Positions 9,747 through 19,168 of a DNA stretch of 64,000 nucleotides are shown here, piece after piece. The translations under genes and the position numbers were made by a program. Origin of the DNA: a bacterium (GTDB taxonomy: Bacteria; Patescibacteriota; Minisyncoccia; Moranbacterales; UBA2206); the NCBI GenBank assembly GCA_021785125.1, contig JAJYGF010000013.1, forward strand, positions 41,413 to 105,412, in the 5' to 3' direction. The notes beneath the pieces were generated by a model, which had not been told where the DNA came from, made no database searches, and was given only the letters and a program-made list of their open reading frames with translations. How positions within the stretch are numbered: position 1 is the stretch's first letter; every line of letters starts with the position of its first letter.

Positions 9747-9782
9747 AGCCTTGTTTTAATAGTACCGCCAAGGGGATTCGAA
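9747..9782. repeat. Partial direct repeat of tRNA-Glu 3' end (21/21 nt gtaccgccaaggggattcgaa) with shared upstream extension (copy B)
   Basis: Identical to 11353..11373; preceded by agccttgttttaat also present in copy C. Confidence 0.7.
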
Positions 9783-10101
9783 ACACTAGAAACTTCGTCT
9801 CATCAAGCCTCTATTAGAAGGAAAATTGGCCCATCTAAGCCTCAAGATAAGTTTTCAAGTATCTACAGGCGAAAACAAAAAAGAACTCATTTTACCATTT
9901 TTTTAGTCACAATAGCGTCACAGTTTTTTTGCGCTAAAGAATGACGGGTAGGTTTTTAATGTCTAGCCAAAAGTCACATTGTGCCTTATTCTTTCTATAG
10001 ACCAGGATGTACTTCTTCTATTACTTTTTTGTCAAAATATCTGCAAAAACTCTATTACCGGTTGCAGAAGCATATAAGTTTAGTTATTAACGAAAATAGA
10101 T

Positions 10102-10434
10102 TTACACGTTTGCTCTGGCCGCAAAATTAAAACTATAGAAATAATTCTGCCAGGACTGATCGCCTGAGTGATATTCGTTTGAGAATATAAAATAGTCGGC
10201 TAACATCTCTCTGAGTCTTAATAATTCTCTAAGATGTTTTTTGTTTTTCTTATCGGCGATAGTTAAATCCAAAAGTTCCAAGGCGCGATCAAAAGCCATG
10301 ACGCAATATACTTGATTTCTTTTGTTCTTCCACTTGATAGCTCGCTCGACCTCGCTACCAATATTGGCCATTTGATCAAATAGTTCCATTTCATTCCAGC
10401 GACCAGAAGCTAATTGTTGATGTTGGTGATTCAT
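10102..10434 (-). CDS. Hypothetical small protein (downstream member of pair, possible toxin/HEPN-like)
   Basis: 110 aa, basic, RELLRLREML...H region; operon geometry typical of TA modules. Confidence 0.25.
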   Translation of the reverse strand: MNHQHQQLASGRWNEMELFDQMANIGSEVERAIKWKNKRNQVYCVMAFDRALELLDLTIADKKNKKHLRELLRLREMLADYFIFSNEYHSGDQSWQNYFYSFNFAARANV

Positions 10435-10772
10435 TTTTCTATCAATTTATTTACAATTTTTATAATTTCCTCTTGTATTCTTTCATCATCCACTCCTCGG
10501 CTTCGATTACCCTGAGAAGGACGAAGATTGATCATAGAATCAAATTCAATAAAATCATCACCAGCCATTTCTGGATAGATGTTTATGCCCCACAGATTCT
10601 TCTGTTGTGATCCATTTTCTATAAGCAATGCTTCTTCATCCGCATGAAGTTCGCCATCCACTGCCATAATGTCCTTTTCCACGTCAACTACCGCCTTAAC
10701 TAAATTCCCGAACATCTTTTGTGACATTTCCTTGAGTTCTCCAATTGTTATTTTGTCTTTGATTATTTTCAT
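10431..10772 (-). CDS. Hypothetical small protein (upstream member of overlapping pair, possible antitoxin-like)
   Basis: 113 aa acidic protein; 4-nt ATGA overlap with downstream 110-aa ORF. Confidence 0.3.
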   Translation of the reverse strand: MKIIKDKITIGELKEMSQKMFGNLVKAVVDVEKDIMAVDGELHADEEALLIENGSQQKNLWGINIYPEMAGDDFIEFDSMINLRPSQGNRSRGVDDERIQEEIIKIVNKLIEK

Positions 10773-10919
10773 AAGTTCTTATTTATTAATACATTCTGAT
10801 TCTATTTCATTTTGGTAGTTTTGGAAAGTTTGGCTTAAATAAAAGAAAAAGCCGAGAGAGATTTCTCAGTCGGCTTTATAGGCTTTATTGCATTGGTTAG
10901 TTTCCCTACCGGCTTTTGA

Positions 10920-11243
10920 TCTGAAATTCAATCAGGGTGCCTTCTTCTCTTTACTGTCAGTAAGGAGAAGCCCTATAAAAAAGAGCAGCTGATACCAACA
11001 AAAAGAAAACCCAGTCTCTTCGATAGGAGCCTATTAAGGGATAAACTCCCCGAGGCATTTGTATTCACGAAGATGCGTACAGGCACGCACGACGGGAATG
11101 GTTTGTTATACATTCGGGCAAGATATTATTCACCTTCAATTGGCAGGTTCATAACAAAGGATCCGTTCAAGGGCGATGACAGAAGCACTCAGGGCTTGAA
11201 CAGATATATTTATGCGCTGAATAATCCGGTCCGGTTATTGTGA
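10920..11243 (+). pseudogene. RHS/YD-repeat core C-terminal fragment (no start codon, no toxin tip)
   Basis: Open frame without ATG encodes ...GLLYIRARYYSPSIGRFITKDPFKGD...NRYIYALNNPVRLL*, the hallmark RHS-core terminal motif (YxRARYYDPxxGRFxxxDP). Confidence 0.6.
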
Positions 11244-11353
11244 CAAAGAAGTGATGAAACGGGTCTTTTCCTGCGACGAATAATAATGAGTAAGAATTGA
11301 GATATTGGCTTTAGATAAGACAGAATGCGGTCTGAAGAGTCTTATCTCGTTTG

Positions 11354-11429
11354 TACCGCCAAGGGGATTCGAACCCCTGATTTCCAGGATGAAAACCTGG
11401 CGTCCTGGACCGGGCTAGACGATGGCGGC
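11354..11429 (-). tRNA. tRNA-Glu (anticodon UUC)
   Basis: GCCGCCATCGTCTAG... anticodon stem CCAGG/CCTGG loop TTTTCAT, T-arm CAGGGGTTCGAATCCCCT; strong resemblance to bacterial tRNA-Glu; CCA not encoded. Confidence 0.8.
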
Positions 11430-11563
11430 ATGGTCTGAAACATTCAGAATAACAGTAGGAATCATAGCATAAAACAAAAATAAATCAAGATTCGGCCGGT
11501 TTCATCCATCTGAAGTATATTCCAATCCTAAGAAGATACCGAAATCATAATTGGGGTTTTCGA

Positions 11564-12811
11564 TTAATTTGTTAAACCCCGGTTAATTTTTTTGAATAAT
11601 TCGTCTTTGGCTTGCATCATCTTTTTTCCAAAATCATTATCGCTTTCCGCATAAGCGATTTTATCCAAATCTTCAAAAGTTATTCCCGCTTTCAAATATT
11701 GAGAGGCCTGATCCAGCGACTTGAATTTTTCGTATGGAGTGAGAGTGATGTTGTATTTCTTTCGTATTTTTCCTTTTGCATCAATTCTTTCTTCAGCGAA
11801 CAAGCAGGGCCGGTGATAGTTGAGGTAAACGTTTACGTACGCGCGGTTGAACTCTTCGATCAATGACGCAAACTTTTGATCGATGAAATTTCTGCCGTAC
11901 AATTTTCTCACGATGCTGCCATTCTTTGATTCCACCAGAGCATTGTCATTGGTATGCCTGGCCCGGGATTTGCTTTGTTCGATTAAAAGTTCGGTCAGAA
12001 GCTCGGCCACAATCCTGTTGAGATATTCACTGCCGTTGTCGGAATGAAATTCGTAAACCTTGAAAGGAAACAATCCTAACAATTCTTTAAGCACCGGCTT
12101 CAAAAAATGATGGCTTATGCCCTCGACTGTGGCTATCATCTCATACTGCGTAACTTCGTCAACGAGATTGATATGGTAAACACCCTTCACTTTGTCTAAA
12201 TCACCCTGATGTACGCTGTCTACGCGCAAATAGCCGGGCTTGCCGTAAGGATTGGGCTTTCTCCTGATTCCGATATTTACATTTGTAGTCGGCGTATGCT
12301 TAAAAAACAGAGCCGGAGAACTTTTGTACTGTCGATTGTGATTGCGGAGATTGTACAGATGGGAGATTGAAATCCTGGCAATATTTGCGTATTCTTTTTT
12401 GCCAAAAATTTCTGATTCGCGGCGCAGGATTTCCTTGGTGGCTTTGCCGTTCAAGCATTGGTGGGTGATATCCGTATCAATCAGCCGCTCTATGTCAGTC
12501 GCGAAATATTTTACCGGAAATTTGTTTCGTTTTCTTCCCGGATTCCAGAAAAGAAGTCCTTTGCGCCAACGGTTAACCAATTTTTTGGTGTGTCCTCGGG
12601 AATAGCCGGTTAAAAATTTCAGATACCGGATGACAATTGCTTTTTCTTTTTTTCTAAGCTTAGCATACCCGGTCTTAATCAATACGGTTTTCAAAAACTC
12701 ATATTTTTCCGGATCGCTCCCGATCTCCATTTGGATGAAGTCGTTGGACTTCAAAAACTCCTCCATCTGGCCTATACTGCCAGTAGGCAAGTTATTCATA
12801 TTGATGTTCAT
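11564..12811 (-). mobile_element. DDE transposase, integrase-core (rve) type, IS481-like
   Basis: N-terminal HTH region, then catalytic core YHINLVDEVTQY...HSDNGSEY...NALVESKNGSIVRK (D,D,E triad context). Confidence 0.75.
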
Positions 12812-12924
12812 ACCTCCAATTATGAATATGACTTGCCTTCCTACAAAGTGAGCCTTTTCGGGCTCATTTTGTGTTGGAACGGAAACTCATTTGGGTATCA
12901 TCTTGCATTGAACAAGACTAAAAG

Positions 12925-12953
12925 TTGACATTTTGTGGTAAATAATTTATTAT
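12925..12953 (+). promoter_or_regulatory. Sigma-70-like promoter (TTGACA-17-TATTAT) upstream of MAT-like operon
   Basis: Consensus -35 and near-consensus -10 with 17-nt spacer, ~38 nt upstream of start codon. Confidence 0.45.
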
Positions 12954-12990
12954 CAACTGAAACAAAAAACAGGTAAATATTAATAATCTT

Positions 12991-14286
12991 ATGGACAAGA
13001 ATATATATTTGCATGAGAATTCTTCAATAATAGCCTTAGATCCAAATGAAGCTAGTTTTGAAGTCGTAGAAAGAAAATTCCGTGGTCATCCTGACTCAAT
13101 GGCCGATATGGTGGCACAGTCATTTACACAGAAATATATCAAGAGTGCGTGGGAAAAAATACCTGAACTTTCCAATATTTATTTTCCAAATTTTTCTTCA
13201 GACAAAGTAGTTTTATCTGGTGCAAGTACAAGGTGTGTAAATGGAAAATGCGAAATTATTAAGCCGGTAGATGCTTTGCTCATAGGCAAAATAACAGAGA
13301 AAATTGGAAATATAGAAATAGATATAGATGCAATTTTTAAAGATTCCGTTGAAACTGTATTAAGCAGATGTCTAGGACACAATGATTTCAAGCCATATGT
13401 AAATAGAAAGACATATTCAATATCATTCGCAGGAGCTGACCATGATAAGGGATTTTACAATCCAAGTTCAGTAGCTGATTTGTTGAAAATACTTAAAAAT
13501 GAGACACATGCAAATGATACGGTTTATGTTGTAGCGTATTCACCATTAAGTGTATCAGAAAAGCTTGTAATCTATCTGGATAATCTTACGGCATCAAAAG
13601 AATTCAAAAAGTTATTTCCAGAGATTGGTTCGGATATTAAAGCGATGGTTCGCAGAAGATCATCGGATTTCGAAATCACAATGTGTTTACCGGTTTTTCC
13701 AGAAAAAATTCAAGATAATCAGCTATATAATCGTATCATTAAAGAAGCTACAAAATATATCCATAAAGAAATTATCCTCTTTCTTGAAAAAAACACTCGA
13801 TATTTCAAAAAACCAACAATAAAACTGTGGACTAATACTAAGGATACAAAGGATAAAAAATATTATGCAATTTGGGGTACCGCTCTTTCAAAAGGTGACG
13901 TTGGGGCGGTTGGACGTGGAAATCGGCAACAAGGATTTATAAGTGGCGTGCGGCCAAGCACGAATGAGGCTATGTCGGGAAAAAATCCAAATCATTTTGC
14001 GGGAATTGTGTATCAGCTTGTTGCAGAAAATATCTCAAAATTGATTTTTGACGAACTTGGGCAAAAAAACGCCATATACATTACTGCGAACAATGGAGAT
14101 TTTTTAGAACATCCGAATTCTATAGATGTAATCCTAGAAAAAAATAGCTTATATCAAAAAGAAGCAATTTCTAAAATCGTAAAAAAATCATTAAAGTTGA
14201 TCCCTGAGTTCCGCATGAATTTCATAAATTCTGATCCATACGAGAGATTCATGAGTTCCAATATGCTTTCACGTAAGGTTAAATGA
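12991..14286 (+). CDS. Archaeal-type S-adenosylmethionine synthetase (MAT) homolog
   Basis: VERKFRGHPDSMADMVAQ, HANDTVYVVAYSPLSVSEKLV, GDVGAVGRGNR...GVRPSTNEAMSGKNPNHFAGIVYQ all parallel archaeal MAT (MJ1208-type) motifs. Confidence 0.8.
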   Translation: MDKNIYLHENSSIIALDPNEASFEVVERKFRGHPDSMADMVAQSFTQKYIKSAWEKIPELSNIYFPNFSSDKVVLSGASTRCVNGKCEIIKPVDALLIGKITEKIGNIEIDIDAIFKDSVETVLSRCLGHNDFKPYVNRKTYSISFAGADHDKGFYNPSSVADLLKILKNETHANDTVYVVAYSPLSVSEKLVIYLDNLTASKEFKKLFPEIGSDIKAMVRRRSSDFEITMCLPVFPEKIQDNQLYNRIIKEATKYIHKEIILFLEKNTRYFKKPTIKLWTNTKDTKDKKYYAIWGTALSKGDVGAVGRGNRQQGFISGVRPSTNEAMSGKNPNHFAGIVYQLVAENISKLIFDELGQKNAIYITANNGDFLEHPNSIDVILEKNSLYQKEAISKIVKKSLKLIPEFRMNFINSDPYERFMSSNMLSRKVK

Positions 14287-14430
14287 TTCGATGAGGTTAA
14301 TAGTTATAGCGAAAAGAATCGATTAGATTTTTTTCGCTGCAACTATACTATTTTGATAGTTGGAGTTGATCATTGACAATTTAAAAATAAGACAGTAAAC
14401 AACAAACAACAAAGAAAGGAGTTGAGAGGC

Positions 14431-15900
14431 ATGGCTTACAGAGATGCAGACAAGGTGATATCTAGAATTGGTATAACACCAGTAGGAAGTGCGAAGTATC
14501 GCGTCAATAGATTGCGGTTTCATCTTTTAGCCTATGCAATAACAAGAAAGTTCCAGTTGGCTGGAAAAGAAGCCGCATTTTTTATAAGATGCGATGACAC
14601 TGACAGTAGTAATGTAAATCTTGCATTTCTAGATTCGTATCTGGAAGTGCTGTTCTCATTGGGAGTTGTGCCGAATTTAACCCCCTATGACAAAGATAGT
14701 GGGGGCTTCTCCCTTTTCCAGTCCAAAAGAGGCGATCTTTATAAGATGTTTATAGACCGTCTTTTGGAATCCGGCTTGGCATTTAAGGATTCTACCGGGG
14801 CAATCTTTTTTCACACAGAAGAGTTTTCGAGGAGATTTCAGGGTTTATTAACAGATAATAAACTTGAAGTTGAGGATGCTTCAATCGGAAGCTTCGCTGT
14901 TGATATCCGAACTCCGCTGAAAGAAAAAAGCGGTAAAATTGGGCTGATTTCATTTCCCTTAGTGCGAGCAAATGGAACATATCTCTTCAGTCTGTGTTCG
15001 CCAGTGGACGATGGGGTGATGGGAATTACACATGTTGTAAGGGACCGGGATAAACTCGATTTACTTTCGAGACAGGAAATGGTTAGGATTTCACTGGGAT
15101 TTCCGTCCATAACATATGTCCATGTTCCGTTGCTTGTTAACCAAGACGGCAAGAGATTTGTTTGTGATGAGTACTGGGGAGATGCTACATTTCAGGATTT
15201 TGTAGCCAAAGGAATATTTCCCAAGGCGTTAGTGTCGTATCTTCTTTCTGGATTCTTTGGTCCGTCAGAGAAGTATTACTCATCAATTGAAGATTTTGCT
15301 TCCCAAATAAATCTTGGGCGACTTCATCAGTCCAATACAGTCTTTGATGAGTCGGTTCTTAAGCAACACAACAAAAAAGCATTGGAAGGTTCTTCGGTGC
15401 TGGAGTACGAAACAGCACTAAAAAACTTCCTTGCTGGCGATAACCCAGTGGCCCTTGATTGTCTTAAATCAGATTCAGATATGCTGGAAATGATGATAAG
15501 AATGAAGAGGGGGCTATCAGAAACAGGCGACATTATCCATAGCTTGTCTCAATTTCTGCACGACGATCCGGACATCAAGCACATAAGAATACTAAATACG
15601 ATTATCACCTTCTTTTTACAGAAAGAGAGTGGGATGCGGGATCATTCTTGTGCAAATTTCATGCTTGAAATGGCTACGGAGCATGCGAAAAACCTTGGTA
15701 CTTCCAGAAAGGAATATTATAAGGCGTTAAGATATATTCTTACTGGCAAATACCAAGGGTGTGATTTGCATGAGGTAGTGGGGTATCTGGAAAAGAAGGG
15801 AGTTGTGATGGCGAGGATAAAAGCTACAAGAAACGAGCTGATAAAACGCAATCTCCTAATGGAATCTAGGAGTCACACTTTAAGCAGGAGGTTAGAATGA
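14431..15900 (+). CDS. Glutamyl-tRNA synthetase paralog with degenerate HIGH and KMSKS motifs
   Basis: Collinear with GluRS: RIGITPVG|SAKYR (PSPTG|xxHIG position), FFIRCDDTDSSN (RIEDTDxxR), ITHVVRDRD (THVIRGEDH), LVSYLLSGFFG (LxNYLxxLGWS); KMSKS position reads GKRFV; AAAGGAG RBS 9 nt before ATG at 14431. Confidence 0.7.
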   Translation: MAYRDADKVISRIGITPVGSAKYRVNRLRFHLLAYAITRKFQLAGKEAAFFIRCDDTDSSNVNLAFLDSYLEVLFSLGVVPNLTPYDKDSGGFSLFQSKRGDLYKMFIDRLLESGLAFKDSTGAIFFHTEEFSRRFQGLLTDNKLEVEDASIGSFAVDIRTPLKEKSGKIGLISFPLVRANGTYLFSLCSPVDDGVMGITHVVRDRDKLDLLSRQEMVRISLGFPSITYVHVPLLVNQDGKRFVCDEYWGDATFQDFVAKGIFPKALVSYLLSGFFGPSEKYYSSIEDFASQINLGRLHQSNTVFDESVLKQHNKKALEGSSVLEYETALKNFLAGDNPVALDCLKSDSDMLEMMIRMKRGLSETGDIIHSLSQFLHDDPDIKHIRILNTIITFFLQKESGMRDHSCANFMLEMATEHAKNLGTSRKEYYKALRYILTGKYQGCDLHEVVGYLEKKGVVMARIKATRNELIKRNLLMESRSHTLSRRLE

Positions 15901-16787
15901 AAACCGTGTTAAAGGTTGGTAGGTATAACGTGATGCTTGTAGTTGCAGATAGTCTCAGATATGATCTGGCTCAAAAGGCTAAGACTCCATTTCTGAACAA
16001 GCTCTCGGCACTAAGATTGGCAGAGGCACCTGCGACATACACACTGCCATCACACATGTCTTTCTTTGTTGGCATTCTCCCTGTATTGATTGATGGTAAT
16101 CCCGAATTTTTGCCGGGAATTCGTCAGCTCTGGAGGTCTGTTAATGCCAGGGAAAGCGATAAATCGTCCGCCGTTATTTTTCAGGGAGAAACAATTATCG
16201 ACTACTACGTAAGGAATCAATATGAAGTGCTTGGTGCGGGGGGCGTGTCCTTTTTCAGTGGGGCCAAAGATAATATTTTGCCCAAGCTTTTTCCAAAGTT
16301 TCTTCACTTTGAAAAGCCGGCAAACTTACCAAGGGATGCCAACGTGCCTCGCAACATGAGACAATTTCCACTGGCAAACATCGGAAGACTTATGGATAAT
16401 CTGAATTTTTCAAATCCATTTTTCCTTTTTATTAATTGTCCTGAAACACATATGCCCTATGATTCTCCCGGCGTTGAAATTACGGAGAGTTATAAAATGG
16501 CGATAAAAAAACTTTACGCCATTGACAATGTCAAACATTGTCCGGTAAGGGATCAGGATAAGTTGACGGAAGAGGAGAGGCGGATACTAATGGATGCCCA
16601 GAGACAATCGCTCGAGTGGATAGATCGGATGACTGAGGATCTGCATAGCAGAATACACAACGGACTACCTACGCTCGTGGTTGTCATGGGAGATCATGGT
16701 GATGAATTCGGAGAAGGAGGAAGGTATGGCCATGCTCATTACCATTCTTCAGTAATGCATGTCCCACTTTGGTGTGGTATGCTATGA
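15897..16787 (+). CDS. Alkaline-phosphatase superfamily enzyme, type I phosphodiesterase/nucleotide pyrophosphatase-like
   Basis: VVADSLRYD metal-site Asp, Thr nucleophile context ATYTLPSHMSFF, distal MGDHGDEFGEGGRYGHAHYH metal ligands; 4-nt overlap with upstream gene, GGAGG RBS. Confidence 0.65.
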   Translation: MKTVLKVGRYNVMLVVADSLRYDLAQKAKTPFLNKLSALRLAEAPATYTLPSHMSFFVGILPVLIDGNPEFLPGIRQLWRSVNARESDKSSAVIFQGETIIDYYVRNQYEVLGAGGVSFFSGAKDNILPKLFPKFLHFEKPANLPRDANVPRNMRQFPLANIGRLMDNLNFSNPFFLFINCPETHMPYDSPGVEITESYKMAIKKLYAIDNVKHCPVRDQDKLTEEERRILMDAQRQSLEWIDRMTEDLHSRIHNGLPTLVVVMGDHGDEFGEGGRYGHAHYHSSVMHVPLWCGML

Positions 16788-16800
16788 TAAGGAGTAAGAA

Positions 16801-17416
16801 TATGTTCAACGGAAATATGTATAAAAAGGTCATACTCAACGGTGGTTACCCGGATAGGGCCCCAGATGGCGGACTTGCTTTCTGTAGGGAAGTAACAGGT
16901 GGACTGAGTCAGCCGGTGAAAATTTTGGAATGCCTTTTTGGGCGGGAAAAGAATACTTGGGATTCAGCTCTTAAAAAAGATGTTGAGCTGTTTCACAATG
17001 TATTGGCAGGTGTTCAGGTTGAATTTCAGATAGCCAAAGAAAGAACGCTTGTTGACCAGATTGGATGGGCAGATGTAGTTTACTTTCGTGGAGGTTACAC
17101 CCAAAGACTTTATGATGTTCTTAGTGTCATTCCTCAATGGCAGGATGCGTTAAAGAATAAAGTTGTTGTCGGGTCTTCTGCCGGTGCGTATATACTTTCA
17201 GAAGTATATGTTCATGCTGCAGAAAAGCCTGAGGCAAGAAAGGGATTTGGCCTGGTCCAAATTAAAACAGTTGCCCATTATCGTTCGACATTTTTCCATA
17301 ATGGAGATCACGATAAGGCACGACAATATTGGGACATGGTTGATGAACTTCTTGAAAATTTAGGCCCTCACTTGGAAATGATGAAGCTGGGAGAGGGCGA
17401 ATTCAGAGTTCTGTAA
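16801..17416 (+). CDS. S51-family peptidase (PepE alpha-aspartyl dipeptidase / cyanophycinase-like)
   Basis: Nucleophile elbow VVVGSSAGAY (GxSAG), upstream GGYTQRL; AAGGAG RBS 6 nt before ATG at 16801. Confidence 0.6.
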
Positions 17417-17437
17417 TCCCTTTATTATCAACAATTA

Positions 17438-17477
17438 GGCGGGGTACTTCCTTGGAAGATATCCCGCTTTTATTTTG
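17438..17477. terminator. Rho-independent terminator after S51 peptidase gene
   Basis: GGCGGGG...CCCGC stem with T-run. Confidence 0.5.
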
Positions 17478-17561
17478 TAAATTAAAAAATTGTAGGTTAA
17501 AGTTTTATGTAATTTATGTCTTCAGATTTAAATCTGGAATGTAAACATACTCATTTCTTTT

Positions 17562-17648
17562 CATAAAAATAGTTCTAACATCATTTACTACCCCGTGCTT
17601 TGAAAGTTTTGTCAAAATTGAGGCTTGCAGAAGCCTCTTTTTTGGTTC
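17562..17648 (+). repeat. ~85-nt intergenic repeat element, copy 1 (ends in hairpin GAGGCTTGCAGAAGCCTC + T-run)
   Basis: Shares cataaaa(a)tagttctaac...aaggctt..agcct..ttttt with copy at 19093..19168. Confidence 0.55.
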
Positions 17649-17705
17649 TAACTTTTATAATACTTACTTTAAAAATGCCCGATCTATTGAACCATTACGT
17701 TGCTA

Positions 17706-17735
17706 TTGACAACTTATAAAAATTTATGCTATGGT
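17706..17735 (+). promoter_or_regulatory. Sigma-70-like promoter (TTGACA-18-TATGGT)
   Basis: Consensus -35, ~50 nt upstream of 17788 start with AAGGAGG RBS. Confidence 0.4.
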
Positions 17736-17787
17736 AATGGACTGATTGTGTTGTATCTGAAACAAATCAAAAACCAAGGAGGGACAT

Positions 17788-18342
17788 ATGCAAGACAAAG
17801 AAGAAAGGGTTCTTTCAAAAAAGGAAAAGCGGTTACTGGCAAACGCAAACCTGACACCTAGGGTAGAAAGGTTTGTCCGAGGGATATGGTCCAAAGAAAA
17901 GGAACCTGCTGCCAGCGGAGTGATAGGCGGAATAATAACTTCTGTCATCGCTGTAGCGTTGATACCCACATTGATTTTCATCCTGGGTGCCAACATTTTC
18001 CACTGGGCCTCAGTTCCGAAGGGCTTCGAGAACATAGCCTTTTTCGTAATATGGATACTCTTCGTGGTCGTAGCGCTGATATTTTCTATCGCGCGGTATT
18101 TCATGGTAAATGATATGGAGCCTTCCTCTATTTTGAGCTACCAGTCGATAAAAACCCTGGTGGGCGGCAACATATTCTATGCATATTACTCGAGGCTAAC
18201 GGTCTTAGTTCTCATCTGTCTGATTGCGTATAGAGGAGAGCTAATTACAGCCGCCGCCTTGCTCATAGTGTGGATAATCGGACTTGCATCAAACTCAGCG
18301 CTAAAAGGCAGGATTAAAACGGCAATAGAAGCGCTGGAATAA
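17788..18342 (+). CDS. Hypothetical polytopic membrane protein
   Basis: Strong RBS AAGGAGG; four predicted TM helices; terminator hairpin 18365..18406 downstream. Confidence 0.5.
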   Translation: MQDKEERVLSKKEKRLLANANLTPRVERFVRGIWSKEKEPAASGVIGGIITSVIAVALIPTLIFILGANIFHWASVPKGFENIAFFVIWILFVVVALIFSIARYFMVNDMEPSSILSYQSIKTLVGGNIFYAYYSRLTVLVLICLIAYRGELITAAALLIVWIIGLASNSALKGRIKTAIEALE

Positions 18343-18478
18343 CAGTTTCTGCCCATAACTAAAAAACGGGAAGCTTGGTCAACATTGCCACTTCCCGTTT
18401 TATTTTTGAAAAATAAACTCCTTCGAAGATTCGGAGCGTGTGATTAATAAATTTTAAAGAATATTGTATTATTGTCAT

Positions 18479-19078
18479 ATGAGCAAAATACATACAACCG
18501 ATAAGCTTATAATTTTTGAGGATATTAAGAGTCCGCAAGAGCTGTTGGCTTTTATGAAGAAAAATATAGCATATGGTTTTATTGGGAAAAGCAATCGAAG
18601 GGTATATTCTTCGAAGGATGATATGTATGATAATTTTAGCAATGAATATTTTTTGCAAAGTCCTGAAGAATTGATAAAAAGTGGACACGGGGTTTGTTGG
18701 GATGACGCTGAGCTAGAAAGACATTGGTTTGGAAAAAATGGTTATAATTTTAAAGTATTTTTTATAATCTTTAATAAGGAATATGAAAACAATTTGCCAA
18801 CACATTCTTTTTTGGCTTACATGGAAAGGGATAAGTGGTTTTGGTTTGAATATTCATTTAGTGTCCATAGGGGTATCCATGAGTATGATAGTTTGGAAGA
18901 TTTGATTTCGGATGTAAAGAAAAAACATTTCGATTATGCCATTAAACATCGCGAAGCAACGATTGAAGATGAGAAAGATTTGATGATTTTCGAATTTGAA
19001 AAACCAAAATATGGCTCAAGCCCACAAGGATTTGTTGATCAGGCTATGGGTGGAAAAGTAATTACTTTAGAAAATTAG
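18479..19078 (+). CDS. Hypothetical protein with candidate Cys/His catalytic pair (transglutaminase/papain-like fold?)
   Basis: GHGVCWDDAE Cys context and downstream THSFLAY His; start ambiguous between 18464 and 18479. Confidence 0.3.
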   Translation: MSKIHTTDKLIIFEDIKSPQELLAFMKKNIAYGFIGKSNRRVYSSKDDMYDNFSNEYFLQSPEELIKSGHGVCWDDAELERHWFGKNGYNFKVFFIIFNKEYENNLPTHSFLAYMERDKWFWFEYSFSVHRGIHEYDSLEDLISDVKKKHFDYAIKHREATIEDEKDLMIFEFEKPKYGSSPQGFVDQAMGGKVITLEN

Positions 19079-19092
19079 GCAGTCCTTTTTAC

Positions 19093-19168
19093 TCATAAAA
19101 TAGTTCTAACGTCCCTGACCGTGGTGTGCATTTAAATTCAAGGCTTGTTTGAGCCTTGTTTTTGTTTA
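19093..19168 (+). repeat. ~85-nt intergenic repeat element, copy 2 (ends in hairpin AAGGCTTGTTTGAGCCTT + T-run)
   Basis: Homologous to 17562..17648. Confidence 0.55.

Noticed and set aside
14422-14430. TTG start at 14422 for the GluRS-like gene (as in the ORF track)
   Set aside because: The AAAGGAG RBS ends at 14421, leaving no spacer; ATG at 14431 has ideal 9-nt spacing.
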